Assembly (NCBI GenBank): GCA_963756875.1
Contig: CAVWPA010000003.1
Span: forward strand, 736,001-800,000
Reading direction: 5' to 3'
DNA from: an uncultured Verrucomicrobiae bacterium
GTDB lineage: Bacteria; Verrucomicrobiota; Verrucomicrobiia; Chthoniobacterales; UBA10450
Length of the DNA stretch: 64,000 nucleotides
Of the stretch, positions 1 through 10,611 are shown in pieces. The translations under genes and the position numbers were made by a program. Positions within the stretch are counted from its first letter, which is position 1, and every line of letters begins with the position of its first letter. The notes beneath the pieces were generated by a model. The model saw only the letters and a program-made list of their open reading frames with translations. It made no database searches and was not told where the DNA came from.

Positions 1-1622
1 CAACTCACGATCTCGCCACCACGGTAGGTGGATCGACACTGATCGGCGTCGGCCGCATCGGTGCGGGCCGCGTCGACCTAACCAAGGCGAGCAACGCGAA
101 TGTTGTTGCCTATAACGGTACCGACCCGAATCTGATCGGCGTATCGTTTGGCGATGTGGAAGTCCCGGTTGATGGATCGAAAACGCTGTCGAAATCCGTC
201 AAGGTGACGAACAAGGGAGGAACTGATGTGACCTATGACATCACCTACCAGGATGTCACCGCGGCGTCAGGTGCGTCGTTCACGCTACCAGCTTCTGTGA
301 CTGTGCTGGCGAATAGCACCAATACCTTCAACGTAACGTTTTCGGCTACCGGCAGCGCGCTGCGCCACGAACGTGATCTTAGCACGGGCACGAGCCAGGC
401 GACCTCGTTTGGCACCTTCTCGCGCCAGTATATGACGGAGAAGGCCGGTTATGCCGTGCTCACGCCGACGAGCGGCCCCGAACCGACCATTCGTGTTGCG
501 TTGTATGCCGCGCCGAAACCGACGTCGACCATGCACGCCACCACGACAGCTGTGGTTCCCGATGCCGCCTCCGGAAGCTTCACGATTAACCTGTCTGGAA
601 GCAGCATCAACACGGGCGCCAGTTTCCCGACCGACATTGTCAGTTACACCAAAGGATTCGAGCTGCAGTATGCGAGTCCGCTTGCCGGTTCTCCGGGTGC
701 GCCGACGAATCCCAACGTGCTGAAATACGTCGGTGTCACCAGTGATTGGAACAACCAAAGCCCGGCCGGCCAAGCTGGTTTCGCTACATGGCTGAACTTC
801 GCGATCGTCGGGTTCGGTAACGCGGCTGTTCCGGATTTCAATTCCGCGGACAAGGAAATCTTCATGGATCTGGATTTCGACAACGTCTATGACGTGGCGA
901 TTTTCCTGACGCAGCTTCCCAATGGGACGTCGCCAACCAACGTCTACTTCTCAGAGCTGGTGGACATCGCGGGCGTCTTCGGCCCACCGGGGAACGCTTA
1001 CTTTTGGGAGCCGACCGATGCGCGGTCTGTCTCGCCTACCAGTAGGGACACGAACGCGTTCAACAACAACGTGGTCACGGTTCCGATCGACGGGTTGGTC
1101 GGCACCGGGTACAGCGCATTCCAGTATCAGGTTGTGACATTTGATCGCAACGGCAACGAAGTAGACGAAACACCGATCCTTTATTACGATGCCGCCAATC
1201 CCGGCCTGGATGCCACACCGCCCGCCACGTTTGAGCCGTTCTTCCTGAACGACCTGCCGGCGACGAGCATCGCGGTCAACTACAACGGCACAAACTTCCA
1301 GAATAACTTCTCGAAGGGGGTACTGTTGGTCCACATGCACAACGGGACGGGCAGTCGCACTGATGTCGTTGCGTTCCGCAAACCGACGATCGCCAGCTTT
1401 AACCCTACCAGTGGAAAAGTGGGCGATATGATCACGATCACCGGCTCCAACTTTAACGCCGGCACCGTGGTGAAGTTCTTTAACAACAAGACGGCAACTG
1501 TCAACGTGCTGACAGCGAACACGCTGGTGGCCACAGTGCCATCCGGAGCGGTGAGCGGCCCGGTCCGCGTGCAGAACGCGGCCGGATTCTCGTCGAAGCC
1601 GGGATTCACAGTAATTCCTTGA
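1..1622 (+). CDS. S8 (subtilisin-like) serine peptidase, C-terminal part (5'-truncated by window edge), ending in an IPT/TIG-like domain
   Basis: Frame is open from position 3 (THDLATTVGGSTLIGVGRIGAGRVDLTKA). GAGRVD is typical of the end of S8 catalytic domains. It is followed by an Fn3-like VTNKG...TF beta-sandwich and a C-terminal PTIASFNPTSGKVGDMITITGSNF IPT/TIG-like motif. Confidence 0.7.
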   Translation, partial: THDLATTVGGSTLIGVGRIGAGRVDLTKASNANVVAYNGTDPNLIGVSFGDVEVPVDGSKTLSKSVKVTNKGGTDVTYDITYQDVTAASGASFTLPASVTVLANSTNTFNVTFSATGSALRHERDLSTGTSQATSFGTFSRQYMTEKAGYAVLTPTSGPEPTIRVALYAAPKPTSTMHATTTAVVPDAASGSFTINLSGSSINTGASFPTDIVSYTKGFELQYASPLAGSPGAPTNPNVLKYVGVTSDWNNQSPAGQAGFATWLNFAIVGFGNAAVPDFNSADKEIFMDLDFDNVYDVAIFLTQLPNGTSPTNVYFSELVDIAGVFGPPGNAYFWEPTDARSVSPTSRDTNAFNNNVVTVPIDGLVGTGYSAFQYQVVTFDRNGNEVDETPILYYDAANPGLDATPPATFEPFFLNDLPATSIAVNYNGTNFQNNFSKGVLLVHMHNGTGSRTDVVAFRKPTIASFNPTSGKVGDMITITGSNFNAGTVVKFFNNKTATVNVLTANTLVATVPSGAVSGPVRVQNAAGFSSKPGFTVIP

Positions 1623-1650
1623 CAGTTGAACAACTAAAATTGTAAAACCT

Positions 1651-2424
1651 ATGGATATGAGAATGTTTGGATTGCCCCGAGGGGTTCTGGCGCTTGCGGC
1701 GATAATCACATTGGCGTCGGTGCACTCTAGCAACGCAGGAGGCGTGCAGGGATTCGAAGCGGGCGACCCCAGCGTCACCAAGGTTGGTGATGGCAGCGCC
1801 CAGGGCACAATCGAAGGAATCAGTCCTCCGGAAGGCAGCAATCAATATGTCATTACGACGCTGAACCAGTTCGATGGGGAAGGTAATACTTCCGTGTCGG
1901 GGACGGACGCCGTGGCGCACCCTGCTCTTCAGAACTTCTTCAACGGCATTGACAGCGGAAGTATCGCGCTTCCCGACGTCGAGGGTTCGGGGTTTTACTT
2001 CACGTTCACGCTCGCACCGGGGGACATGGGAGTTTCGTTTCTATACGACTTCCTGACCAATGAGGACCGAGTGAGTGCCGTGGACACCGCCTTCTACGTC
2101 CTGTATAGCGGTACTCCTGGCAGCGCTACGGCGCTGACCGGGCCGACAACGATCGCGACCTTCAATGACGCCACCAACCTTATTTCGAGCCCGAATAAGT
2201 TCACGTTCGAAAGTGGGTACACTTCAACGATGATTTCAATTGCATCACCCGGCACTTATACGCTGGCCATTGGAATCTACGACAAAGGCGATGACGATCA
2301 TAACTCCGCGCTGCTCGTCGACAACTTCACGGCGGTCGTTCCGGAACCATCGACGATTGCTTTTTGCCTCGCCGGGGCAGGTCTGTTAGGCGCGCTCCGC
2401 ACCCGATTCAAAAGAAAGTCGTAA
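1651..2424 (+). CDS. PEP-CTERM sorting-domain secreted protein
   Basis: Signal peptide; C-terminal VPEPST + hydrophobic helix + basic tail (RTRFKRKS). Confidence 0.9.
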   Translation: MDMRMFGLPRGVLALAAIITLASVHSSNAGGVQGFEAGDPSVTKVGDGSAQGTIEGISPPEGSNQYVITTLNQFDGEGNTSVSGTDAVAHPALQNFFNGIDSGSIALPDVEGSGFYFTFTLAPGDMGVSFLYDFLTNEDRVSAVDTAFYVLYSGTPGSATALTGPTTIATFNDATNLISSPNKFTFESGYTSTMISIASPGTYTLAIGIYDKGDDDHNSALLVDNFTAVVPEPSTIAFCLAGAGLLGALRTRFKRKS

Positions 2425-2455
2425 CAGGGACGAAAGTTTCATAACTTAACAAACC

Positions 2456-2481
2456 GGGCCGGGAGCGATCCCGGCCCTTTT
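2456..2481 (+). terminator. Intrinsic terminator after the S8/PEP-CTERM pair
   Basis: GGGCCGGGA-gcga-TCCCGGCCC perfect stem followed by TTTT. Confidence 0.75.
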
Positions 2482-2510
2482 GTTGTTTTGATTGGTTGAT
2501 GCGCGCGTCC

Positions 2511-2594
2511 TGTAGCCACGGCTCTGTGAGCCGTTCCCGTTATTTCGCGAGACCTCTTCTGGTAGATGCGACCGGCCGCAGGCCGGTGGCTACA
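2511..2594. repeat. GTAG-family REP doublet (REPIN-like)
   Basis: TGTAGCCAC...GTGGCTACA terminal inverted repeat, each arm with its own internal hairpin. Confidence 0.75.
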
Positions 2595-2649
2595 GTGATT
2601 GCCCAATTGACGCGGGCGGTTGTCACGCGCATATTCTGCGCTTCTTGAT

Positions 2650-2708
2650 TTGTAGGGCAGGCGCATCGCCTGCCGACCAAAGTGGCAACCGGAGCGGTCG
2701 CCCTACAA
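2650..2708. repeat. GTAG-family REP doublet
   Basis: TTGTAGGGC...GCCCTACAA inverted ends with internal hairpins (ggcaggcg-cat-cgcctgcc). Confidence 0.7.
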
Positions 2709-2723
2709 TCGCGAGGCGTCCCC

Positions 2724-4532
2724 ATGGAAAAGATCCGTAACATCGCTATCATTGCGCACGTCGATCACGGCAAGACCACGCTCGTCGATCAATTGCTGCG
2801 GCAATCGGGGACATTTCGTTCCAATCAAAAGGTGGAGGAGCGCGTAATGGATTCGATGGATCTCGAGCGGGAAAAGGGAATCACCATCCGCGCGAAGAAC
2901 GCCGCATTCCAATGGAACGATTGCCGCATTAACATCGTCGATACGCCAGGTCACGCCGATTTCGGCGGCGAAGTGGAGCGGATCATGAAAATGGTGGACG
3001 GCGTCCTGCTGGTCGTCGATGCGCACGACGGCCCGCAGGCGCAGACGCGCTTCGTCCTGCGAAAAGCGCTAGAGAACCATGCCCAGCCGATCGTAGTGAT
3101 TAATAAGATCGACAGGGAAAACGCCCGGCCGCGCGAGGTCGTGGACATGGTTTTCGATCTTTTCGTGGAACTGAAGGCAACCGATCAACAGCTCGATTTC
3201 CCCATCATTTATGCCAGTGCCAAAAATGGCTTTGCCGTCCGCGAATTGAGCGACGAGCACAAGGACATGACCCCGCTCTTCGAGGCGATTGTGCAATATG
3301 TTCCTCCGCCGGAAATTTCGACCGATCCATTTTTTCAGATGCTCGTTTCGAATCTCCATTACAGCGATTACCTCGGCCGGATTGCGCTCGGCCGCATTGT
3401 TAGCGGTCGCGTCGCTGTCGGCGACTCCATCCTCTGTCTTCATCGCGACGGGAGCCGCGAACGGTCCACGGTAACCGCTCTTTTTACCCATTCCGGGCTC
3501 GAACAGGTCGAAATCAAGGAAGCTGGCGCGGGAGAAATTATCGGCCTGACGGGATTTGAAAATGCGTACATTGGCGAGACACTTACTGCTGGAGAGGGAA
3601 GCGCGTCGCTGGAATTTGTCGATATCGATCCGCCTACGATTCGAATGCGAATCTTGGTGAACGATTCGCCGTTTGCCGGACGCGACGGAAAATTTATCAC
3701 CGCGCGACATATTCGCGACCGGCTGGTTCGGGAAACGCGCGCCAACGTCTCCCTCCAGTTCAACGATACCGACACGGCCGGAGCATTTGAGATTCATGCG
3801 CGCGGCGAGATGCAGATCGCCATCCTGGTGGAACAAATGCGGCGCGAAGGCTACGAAATGATGGTCTCACGCCCAGAAGTCATTTTTCATCGAAACGAAA
3901 ACGGCGACCTGCTCGAGCCATTGGAGAATCTCTATATCGATCTTCCGGAAGAAAACCTGGGCGACGTGTTGCAGTTGCTCGCTGCCCGCAAAGGCGATAT
4001 CGCCCATATAAATCACCATGCCAATCGTGTTTCGATTGAAGCAATCATTCCTACCCGCGGATTGATTGGTTTTGAAACAGCGCTGGTCAATCTGACCCGC
4101 GGTGAAGGCTTGATGAGCCATTTGTTTGCAGAATACGCCCCGTTCAAGGGCGAGATCGAAGGCCGGACCCGAGGCGTTCTGGTCTCGATGGAAACCGGCA
4201 CGAGCAAGGCCTACGCGCTCAACAGTATTCAGGATCGCGGCCGGCTTTTCATTGGCCCGCAAGAGGATGTGTATGAGGGCATGATAGTCGGTGAAAATGC
4301 ACGCCCGGCAGATCTGCCCGTAAATCCTTGTAAAGCCAAACGTCTTACAAACATGCGATCGCAGGGCGACGGCAAAGGGATCCAGCTCGAGGCGCCGCTG
4401 CGCTTGAGCGTGGAGCGCTCTCTCGAATACATCGATATCGACGAATATGTCGAAGCGACGCCAAAGTCCTTGCGGCTTCGCAAATGTATCCTGGAGGCTA
4501 CCGCCCGTAAACGGGCCGTCGCTGCGGCCTAG
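2724..4532 (+). CDS. typA: Translational GTPase TypA/BipA
   Basis: [41 protein letters not shown]-terminal LTNMRS and [11 protein letters not shown]. Start moved to ATG 2724 because the upstream extension is REP sequence. Confidence 0.97.
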   Translation: MEKIRNIAIIAHVDHGKTTLVDQLLRQSGTFRSNQKVEERVMDSMDLEREKGITIRAKNAAFQWNDCRINIVDTPGHADFGGEVERIMKMVDGVLLVVDAHDGPQAQTRFVLRKALENHAQPIVVINKIDRENARPREVVDMVFDLFVELKATDQQLDFPIIYASAKNGFAVRELSDEHKDMTPLFEAIVQYVPPPEISTDPFFQMLVSNLHYSDYLGRIALGRIVSGRVAVGDSILCLHRDGSRERSTVTALFTHSGLEQVEIKEAGAGEIIGLTGFENAYIGETLTAGEGSASLEFVDIDPPTIRMRILVNDSPFAGRDGKFITARHIRDRLVRETRANVSLQFNDTDTAGAFEIHARGEMQIAILVEQMRREGYEMMVSRPEVIFHRNENGDLLEPLENLYIDLPEENLGDVLQLLAARKGDIAHINHHANRVSIEAIIPTRGLIGFETALVNLTRGEGLMSHLFAEYAPFKGEIEGRTRGVLVSMETGTSKAYALNSIQDRGRLFIGPQEDVYEGMIVGENARPADLPVNPCKAKRLTNMRSQGDGKGIQLEAPLRLSVERSLEYIDIDEYVEATPKSLRLRKCILEATARKRAVAAA

Positions 4533-4538
4533 AGGCCC

Positions 4539-4658
4539 TGTAGCCACCGGCCTGCCTGCCGCGCCGAAGCCGCGAAGGCGGGGTGGCCGGTCGGGCTTGG
4601 GGTTTTGAGCCGGGAAAAAGGAGGCGAACCATCGAGGACTCATAGAGCCGTGGCTACA
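4539..4658. repeat. GTAG-family REP doublet, an inverted copy of the 2511-2594 element with a nested palindrome
   Basis: TGTAGCCACCGGCCTG...TGGCCGGTCG and ...AGAGCCGTGGCTACA match the reverse complement of the 2511-2594 arms. Confidence 0.7.
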
Positions 4659-4911
4659 ACCGCCCTGCTGGTGGGGCGAGACTCTGTCGAGCCGACGCAT
4701 AAAACTCTCGGGGACCGGAACCACTCGGGTTGCAAGGTCCACGATCAGCTCACCAGGGCGGGCCGAGGCCTTCCGGCTAACATTGACAAACGCCGTTTTC
4801 GAGGTTTTGATATCCGGCCGGTAATTCTTCTTCGCCAGCCACTTCTCGGCAAGGCGCTGTTGGGATTGGAACTTTTTCGTCAGGCAAAAATTAGAATATC
4901 ACTCCGCAGTT

Positions 4912-5667
4912 ATGGCGGGACATAGCAAGTGGTCGAAGGTCAAACGTTTCAAGGGCGCAATCGACGCGAAACGCGGCCAAATTTTCAGCAAGCTGTCGAA
5001 GGAAATCACCATCGCCGCCAAGACCGGCGGGGGCGATCCGAGCGCCAACCCGCGCTTGCGGAGCGCCATCCAGGCCGCACGCGTGCAGAGCATGCCGAAC
5101 GATAACGTCGAGCGCGCGATCAAACGCGGGACGGGCGAGGGGCACGATGGCGGACAAATCGAGGAGATTACTTACGAAGGCTACGGCCCGGCCGGCGTGG
5201 CGGTGATTGTGGAGGCGGCGACGGACAATAAAAATCGCACTGCCGCCGAGATCCGCAGAATCTTTTCCAAGAACAACGGTAACCTCGCTTCGGCCGGCAG
5301 CGTTTCCTACATGTTCCATCGCAAAGGCCAGATCACTGTGCCCCGCGATTCGATGGATGAAGACCGCATTCTGGAAGTGGCGCTTGAAGCCGGGGCTGAG
5401 GAGTTGACAACCGAGGAGGATCAGTATGTTATTACCACTTCCCACGATCAGCTCTACGCTGTAGCTGACGCGCTTAAGAAAGCGGGTGTTACGACCAATG
5501 GGCAAAAGTTTACGTTTATTCCCGATACGACTGTTCCGGTTACCGATGAGACCGTGGCGCGTCAGGTGTTGCACTTGTGCGACGCGCTTGAAGAGGACGA
5601 TGACGTCCAGAATGTCTATTCCAATCTAGATATTCCCGACGAATTGCTGGCCAGATTACCCGACTGA
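4912..5667 (+). CDS. yebC: YebC/PmpR family protein
   Basis: MAGHSKW, NPRLR, YEGYGPAGVA, TDNKNRT, DDDVQNVYSN motifs. Confidence 0.96.
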   Translation: MAGHSKWSKVKRFKGAIDAKRGQIFSKLSKEITIAAKTGGGDPSANPRLRSAIQAARVQSMPNDNVERAIKRGTGEGHDGGQIEEITYEGYGPAGVAVIVEAATDNKNRTAAEIRRIFSKNNGNLASAGSVSYMFHRKGQITVPRDSMDEDRILEVALEAGAEELTTEEDQYVITTSHDQLYAVADALKKAGVTTNGQKFTFIPDTTVPVTDETVARQVLHLCDALEEDDDVQNVYSNLDIPDELLARLPD

Positions 5668-5744
5668 GAAATTTTGCTTCGCTGCGAACGTGGCGATGCG
5701 TGCTCGCCAGAGTGGGCGATCGATTCTGCTTTTAGACTTAGATT

Positions 5745-7091
5745 ATGAACGAAGAAAAGGAAAACCAGCCGCCGCTGGAAACTGAATCCGCTGCGTCTGC
5801 TGCGCCGGAACAACGCCGTCGCCGTCCACGCCGCCGTTATCCCCGGAGACGTTATTACGATCGTGGCGACAGGGTAGAGAACTCCAGAGAACCCTACGGC
5901 GATAATTCTGACCCGGCCACCGGCGAAGGCACGGCCACGGCGCTGGAGGGGGCAGATGTCACCGAAGGCGGCGAACAGGTCCAGGCCGAGCCCGAATTCG
6001 GTGAAGGGATCATCGAGATCTCGGGGAAAGGCTTCGGTTTCCTGCGCGATCCCAAACGGAACTTCGTCCAGACGCCGCAGGACATTTTCGTTACACCGGA
6101 AATCGTGCGGCGGTTTGGTCTGCGGGATGGCATGTGGATCCACGGCGAGACCCGCAGGGGCAGTCGTGGCCCGCAATTGACCACGTTACTGACGATTAAC
6201 GGCGAAGAGCCGCCCAAGTATCAAGGGCTTCGTCCGTTTGAAGAGCTCACCACGATAAACCCGAACAAGCGAATCAAGCTCGAGACCGTCCCGGAACGGT
6301 ACACGACCCGGATCATGGATTTAATGACGCCGCTTGGAATGGGTCAGCGCGGCCTGATCGTTGCACCTCCACGCACGGGCAAAACCACGCTGCTGCACCA
6401 CATTGCGGATGCGGTCGCGAAGAATCATCCGGAGATGAAGCTGATCATTCTCCTCGTCGATGAACGCCCGGAAGAAGTCACCGATTTTCGGCGTTCGCAT
6501 CCGAACGCGGAGATCATGGCCAGCTCGAACGACAGCGACATCAAAAGCCACACCCGCATTGCGCAGCTTGCCAGCGAACGCGCGAAACGCCTGGTCGAAG
6601 CGGGCAAGCATGTCTTCATTCTGCTCGATTCGATTACCCGCACGGCCCGCGCCTTTAATAACGCGATGGCTGGTGGTGGCCGCACCATGAGCGGCGGCAT
6701 CGACGCGCGGGCCATGGAAATCCCGAGAAAGATCTTTGCGGCCGCGCGCAACACGGAAGAGGCCGGCTCGCTCACGATTGTGGCGACCGCGCTGATTGAA
6801 ACCGGCAGCCGCATGGACGAATTGATCTTTCAGGAATTCAAGGGCACCGGAAATATGGAAATGGTGCTGGACCGCAAAATCAGCGACCAGCGCATCTATC
6901 CGGCGATCGACATCTTTCTTTCCGGCACGCGCCGCGAAGAATTGCTGCTTCAACCGTGGGAGCTGGAGAAAATCAATCTCATTCGTCGCGGCCTCGCCGG
7001 TCACAAGCCCGAGGAAGCAATCCAGCGGTTGCTCATGTTCGTGAAAAAATTCCCGACCAATGCCGAGATGCTGAAAGGTATTCCGGGTTAA
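5745..7091 (+). CDS. rho: Transcription termination factor Rho
   Basis: GFGFLR RNA-binding motif, GQRGLIVAPPRTGKT Walker A, DERPEEVTD, LLDSITR, FKGTGNME. Confidence 0.96.
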   Translation: MNEEKENQPPLETESAASAAPEQRRRRPRRRYPRRRYYDRGDRVENSREPYGDNSDPATGEGTATALEGADVTEGGEQVQAEPEFGEGIIEISGKGFGFLRDPKRNFVQTPQDIFVTPEIVRRFGLRDGMWIHGETRRGSRGPQLTTLLTINGEEPPKYQGLRPFEELTTINPNKRIKLETVPERYTTRIMDLMTPLGMGQRGLIVAPPRTGKTTLLHHIADAVAKNHPEMKLIILLVDERPEEVTDFRRSHPNAEIMASSNDSDIKSHTRIAQLASERAKRLVEAGKHVFILLDSITRTARAFNNAMAGGGRTMSGGIDARAMEIPRKIFAAARNTEEAGSLTIVATALIETGSRMDELIFQEFKGTGNMEMVLDRKISDQRIYPAIDIFLSGTRREELLLQPWELEKINLIRRGLAGHKPEEAIQRLLMFVKKFPTNAEMLKGIPG

Positions 7092-7092
7092 G

Positions 7093-7169
7093 CTGTAGCG
7101 GCGGTCAATGACCGCCGGTTCCAGATGTCTGCCTCGCTAAATTACGGCGGTCATGGACCGCCGCTACAG
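7093..7169. repeat. GTAG-family REP doublet
   Basis: CTGTAGCGGCGGTC-aat-GACCGCCG ... CGGCGGTC-atg-GACCGCCGCTACAG. Confidence 0.8.
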
Positions 7170-7172
7170 GAA

Positions 7173-7673
7173 ATGGATTGGGAGGTTCTTCCGCCGGAAC
7201 AGAAGCAGGAACGCGCGGCGCTCGAGCCTCTTTTCAAATGGCTCGCCCTGATCATGGACGATCTGCTGCGGCTGCCCGGGACGAAGTTTCGCTTTGGATT
7301 GGATCCGATCATCGGTTTGCTTCCCGGCCTCGGCGACACCGCCTCCGCTATCGTTTCAGCGCTGGCGCTTATTTATGCGGCGCGCAGCGGTGTCCCGAAA
7401 ATTCTGCTCGCGCGCATGGCCGCAAACATCCTCATCAACGAACTGGTTGGCATTGTTCCGGGGGTCGGCGATGCATTTTCGTTTTGGTTCAAATCGAATG
7501 TGCGTAACTACGAGCTGCTCAAGCGTCACATCGGCATGCCGCAGCGATCCAGACGAAGCGACTGGGTTTTTGTCATCGTCGTTCTAGGCCTGCTTTTTCT
7601 GATTGTTTTCGCGGGACTAATCGTCAGCTTCCTGGTTATTCAGGCACTCGTTCACCTCGTCGCTCCGCGATAA
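7173..7673 (+). CDS. DUF4112-like membrane protein
   Basis: MDD..R.PGT.FRFG.DP.IGL.PG.GD and G.VPG.GD.F...FKSN.RN pattern. Start placed after the REP. Confidence 0.8.
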   Translation: MDWEVLPPEQKQERAALEPLFKWLALIMDDLLRLPGTKFRFGLDPIIGLLPGLGDTASAIVSALALIYAARSGVPKILLARMAANILINELVGIVPGVGDAFSFWFKSNVRNYELLKRHIGMPQRSRRSDWVFVIVVLGLLFLIVFAGLIVSFLVIQALVHLVAPR

Positions 7674-7681
7674 GACTTTAA

Positions 7682-10411
7682 TCACAGCGCGGTCTTGACG
7701 TGATGATCGTAAAGCGCATGGAGGGTTTTGCGCGCTTTGTTGTAATTCGTTGCAAAGTCGTCGGCGTTTTTGTAGCCGAGACGACGGGCCAGCTTTTTCT
7801 GTTCTTCCAAGTCGGCGGGAACCGTGGAAACACTTTTGTTTTCCCAGCGCCGTAATGTTGTCGCGCAGCGCCGGAGAAAGTCGTAACTGCTTGTGGCCGA
7901 TTCAATCTCGGCGTTCGAAAGCAAATTTCGATCGCCCAGCCCCTGAAGCGCGTCACCCCAGTTCGGCCCCCATATGCCGTTTTTCATTTGCAAGGCCTGG
8001 ACTAAAAATTCCGCTTCAATCAGTCCACCCGCCCCGGTTTTGAAATCCAGAAAGTCCGAGCCGCTGCCGCGCCCCCCGCGGATTCGCTCCAGCATGCTAT
8101 CGATCTTTTCGAAAAGATCGGGCTGCCGTCCAGTTTCGGTCCAGATTCCCTTTACCATGTCGATGTACGGGCGTTGCAACGGTCCGCTGACAGGCCGCGC
8201 GCGGGTCAGGGCATGTATCTCCCAAAGTTGAGCGCGCTGTTTGTAATACGCCTCAAAAGCGTCCAATGAGCAGACCAGCGGACCTTTTTCACCGTCCGGG
8301 CGAAGACGTGCATCCAGTGCTGCGATATTTCCCTCCGGGCTCGAAGAGGTCATCGCAACGGTAAGACTTTGTGCCGCTCGAATATCGTCGCCAACAAAAA
8401 TAACATCGAGATCCGCGCCATAGTTAATTTCTCGTCCGCCGAATTTTCCCAGCGCAATAATGGTCAGACCTTCGCCGCCCAGAAGGCCGCTTGTAAATTC
8501 CAGGCAGGCTTCAGCCAGATCGGACAGCTCCGCAAAGATCGCCGCGGGTGTGGCCAGCCCGAGGACGTCCCGCAGAACAACTCGCAGCAAATGCCGCTGA
8601 CGGTATGCGCGGATCGGGTCGAGATTCGCCGCGTCGGCACCTAACGAACCGAGTCTTCGCAAGTTTTCTGCTTTTGATCGGGGCTCATAGAACGTGGGGT
8701 CGCGCGTGATTTCCTCGAGTAGTTGGGGCCGCCGAATGAGCAGGTCGCCGGCAAAGCGACTGCCATCGAATGTCTTGATCAGTAGCTCGAGCAATTTCGG
8801 ATTCGTTACCAGGAGCTCGAAAAGCAGACTGCGCAGACCGTAGGCTTCGACGAAGCGAACGAGTTGGTTCAGCGTGAAGTCGGGGTCAGCGGCCTTCGCA
8901 AGCCAGTCGAGCAAAAGCGGCCGGAGTTTGCGAAAAACCTGGCGCGTGCGGGGCGCTACATGGAAACCGGCCCTCCCGCGTGCCAGATCGTTGAGGGCCT
9001 TGTCTGCCCGTCTCTGGTCGGCAAATATGCCGGTCGCGACCGGTCCCTCGCCGGGCGTTCCCGCGGTCACGCGCTGAAAAATCGCGCGCACGCCTGTCAT
9101 GGTTTCTTTCAGCGCAGCGATAAATTGTTGCGCGGACGCAAAGCCAAGACTGAGCGCCAGCCGTCGCAGAGGCTCCGGCTCCTGCGGCACGGTGTGCGTT
9201 TGTTGCTCGGCGTCAATCTGTAACCGGTGTTCGACCCGGCGCAGAAAACGATACGCCCGGTCGAGATCGAGAACTTCCTTCCGGGGAATCAGTTCGAGCT
9301 CCGCCAGAGCATGTAATGCTCTCAGGGTGCTCGTTTCCTGCAAGAAGGTGTGATGCGCGCCGTGAACGAATTGAAGCGTTTGCACGACGAATTCGATCTC
9401 GCGTATGCCGCCACGCCCGAGTTTCACGTTCCGCTCCAACTTGTCCGCTCCGACAACATCTCGCTCAATCCGCCGTTTGATATTGGCGATCTCTTCGAAA
9501 AGGTCCGGCGTCGGACTTTTCGGATAGATAAATGGCTGGAGCAGCTGCAGGAATTCGTAGGCGAGCTCGCGGCTGCCGCAGATTCCACGCGCTTTGATCA
9601 ACGCGAGGCGTTCCCAGGTTTCGCCAAACCCGGCATAATAATTTTCCATGCTTTCCAATGAGCGCGCCAGCGGACCGGCGGAACCCTCGGGGCGAAGGCG
9701 CAGATCGATGCGAAAAAGCGGCCCTGCGGGATCGGTCGTGGCGAAAGATTTCAGGATCTTCTCGGCTAACTGATTGAACCACTCGTGATTCGAAAGGCGC
9801 GGCGACGCCTGACCTTCGCTGCTGTATAGAAAAAGCAAATCGATGTCGGAGCTGTGATTGAGCTCGTGGCCGCCCAGTTTTCCAAGGGCAACAACGGCAA
9901 ATTGCGCGGTGGGCGAACCGGAGCTCGCGCGCAACTGCGCGTTCCAGTAATTGTAAACTTCCGTGACGCAAATCTCCGCCAGTTGCGACAGTTCGGCCGT
10001 CGTTTCTTCCAACGCCGCCGCGCCGGCCAGTTCGCGCAGCGCAATCCGCGTCATCTCGCGGCTCTTCCAGGAGCGGAGTGCGCCAAAGTCTTTGGCCGCG
10101 ACCGAGTCCTCGGTCGATCTGCGGAGATCGGCGAGCATTTCTACGTAGCCACGTTCGCTCAGAGCAATCTCCGGCTGCGAAAGCCACAAGAGCATTTCGG
10201 GATGTAGCGCCAGTCGGGTCGCGCAGATTCTGGACATGGCTAAAAGATGCAAGATTGCAGCCTCGCCCATTGGAAATTTTTCGATGAGATCGACAAGGGG
10301 AGGCGCGCTGGCCGGCCACGATTCACTCAATTGAGCGAGCGCTTGTTCGACTTGCGCAGGCTGCAACGATCCAGCCGTCTTTTTCTGGATCCAATCGGTA
10401 CGGCGATGCAT
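7682..10411 (-). CDS. glnE: Bifunctional glutamine synthetase adenylyltransferase/adenylyl-removing enzyme
   Basis: Two nucleotidyltransferase repeats (GKLGGHELNHSSDIDL, GKFGGREINYGADLDV), DLRLRPEG/DARLRPDG, KLGRGGIREIEF. Confidence 0.93.
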   Translation of the reverse strand: MHRRTDWIQKKTAGSLQPAQVEQALAQLSESWPASAPPLVDLIEKFPMGEAAILHLLAMSRICATRLALHPEMLLWLSQPEIALSERGYVEMLADLRRSTEDSVAAKDFGALRSWKSREMTRIALRELAGAAALEETTAELSQLAEICVTEVYNYWNAQLRASSGSPTAQFAVVALGKLGGHELNHSSDIDLLFLYSSEGQASPRLSNHEWFNQLAEKILKSFATTDPAGPLFRIDLRLRPEGSAGPLARSLESMENYYAGFGETWERLALIKARGICGSRELAYEFLQLLQPFIYPKSPTPDLFEEIANIKRRIERDVVGADKLERNVKLGRGGIREIEFVVQTLQFVHGAHHTFLQETSTLRALHALAELELIPRKEVLDLDRAYRFLRRVEHRLQIDAEQQTHTVPQEPEPLRRLALSLGFASAQQFIAALKETMTGVRAIFQRVTAGTPGEGPVATGIFADQRRADKALNDLARGRAGFHVAPRTRQVFRKLRPLLLDWLAKAADPDFTLNQLVRFVEAYGLRSLLFELLVTNPKLLELLIKTFDGSRFAGDLLIRRPQLLEEITRDPTFYEPRSKAENLRRLGSLGADAANLDPIRAYRQRHLLRVVLRDVLGLATPAAIFAELSDLAEACLEFTSGLLGGEGLTIIALGKFGGREINYGADLDVIFVGDDIRAAQSLTVAMTSSSPEGNIAALDARLRPDGEKGPLVCSLDAFEAYYKQRAQLWEIHALTRARPVSGPLQRPYIDMVKGIWTETGRQPDLFEKIDSMLERIRGGRGSGSDFLDFKTGAGGLIEAEFLVQALQMKNGIWGPNWGDALQGLGDRNLLSNAEIESATSSYDFLRRCATTLRRWENKSVSTVPADLEEQKKLARRLGYKNADDFATNYNKARKTLHALYDHHVKTAL

Positions 10412-10611
10412 CTGCTGGGAAATTCCTCTAAATCCGCCGAAAGACCAGTTCCGGAAATAGACTTCTGACTTTCAAACGCGCAGAAATGCCCGCTCTCTCC
10501 CGAACGCAAGCCTAGTGGTGCATTTAAACCTGACTGCTTTAAGCAGTAAAGTTCAGCAATAGCATTCGCGCTCTTGACGCGTTGGATTCCGTCTAAGCGA
10601 AAAGCAGCGAC

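Noticed and set aside
4605..4925. 106-aa ORF between typA and yebC
   Set aside because: Starts within REP sequence, has a TTG start and no recognisable features.
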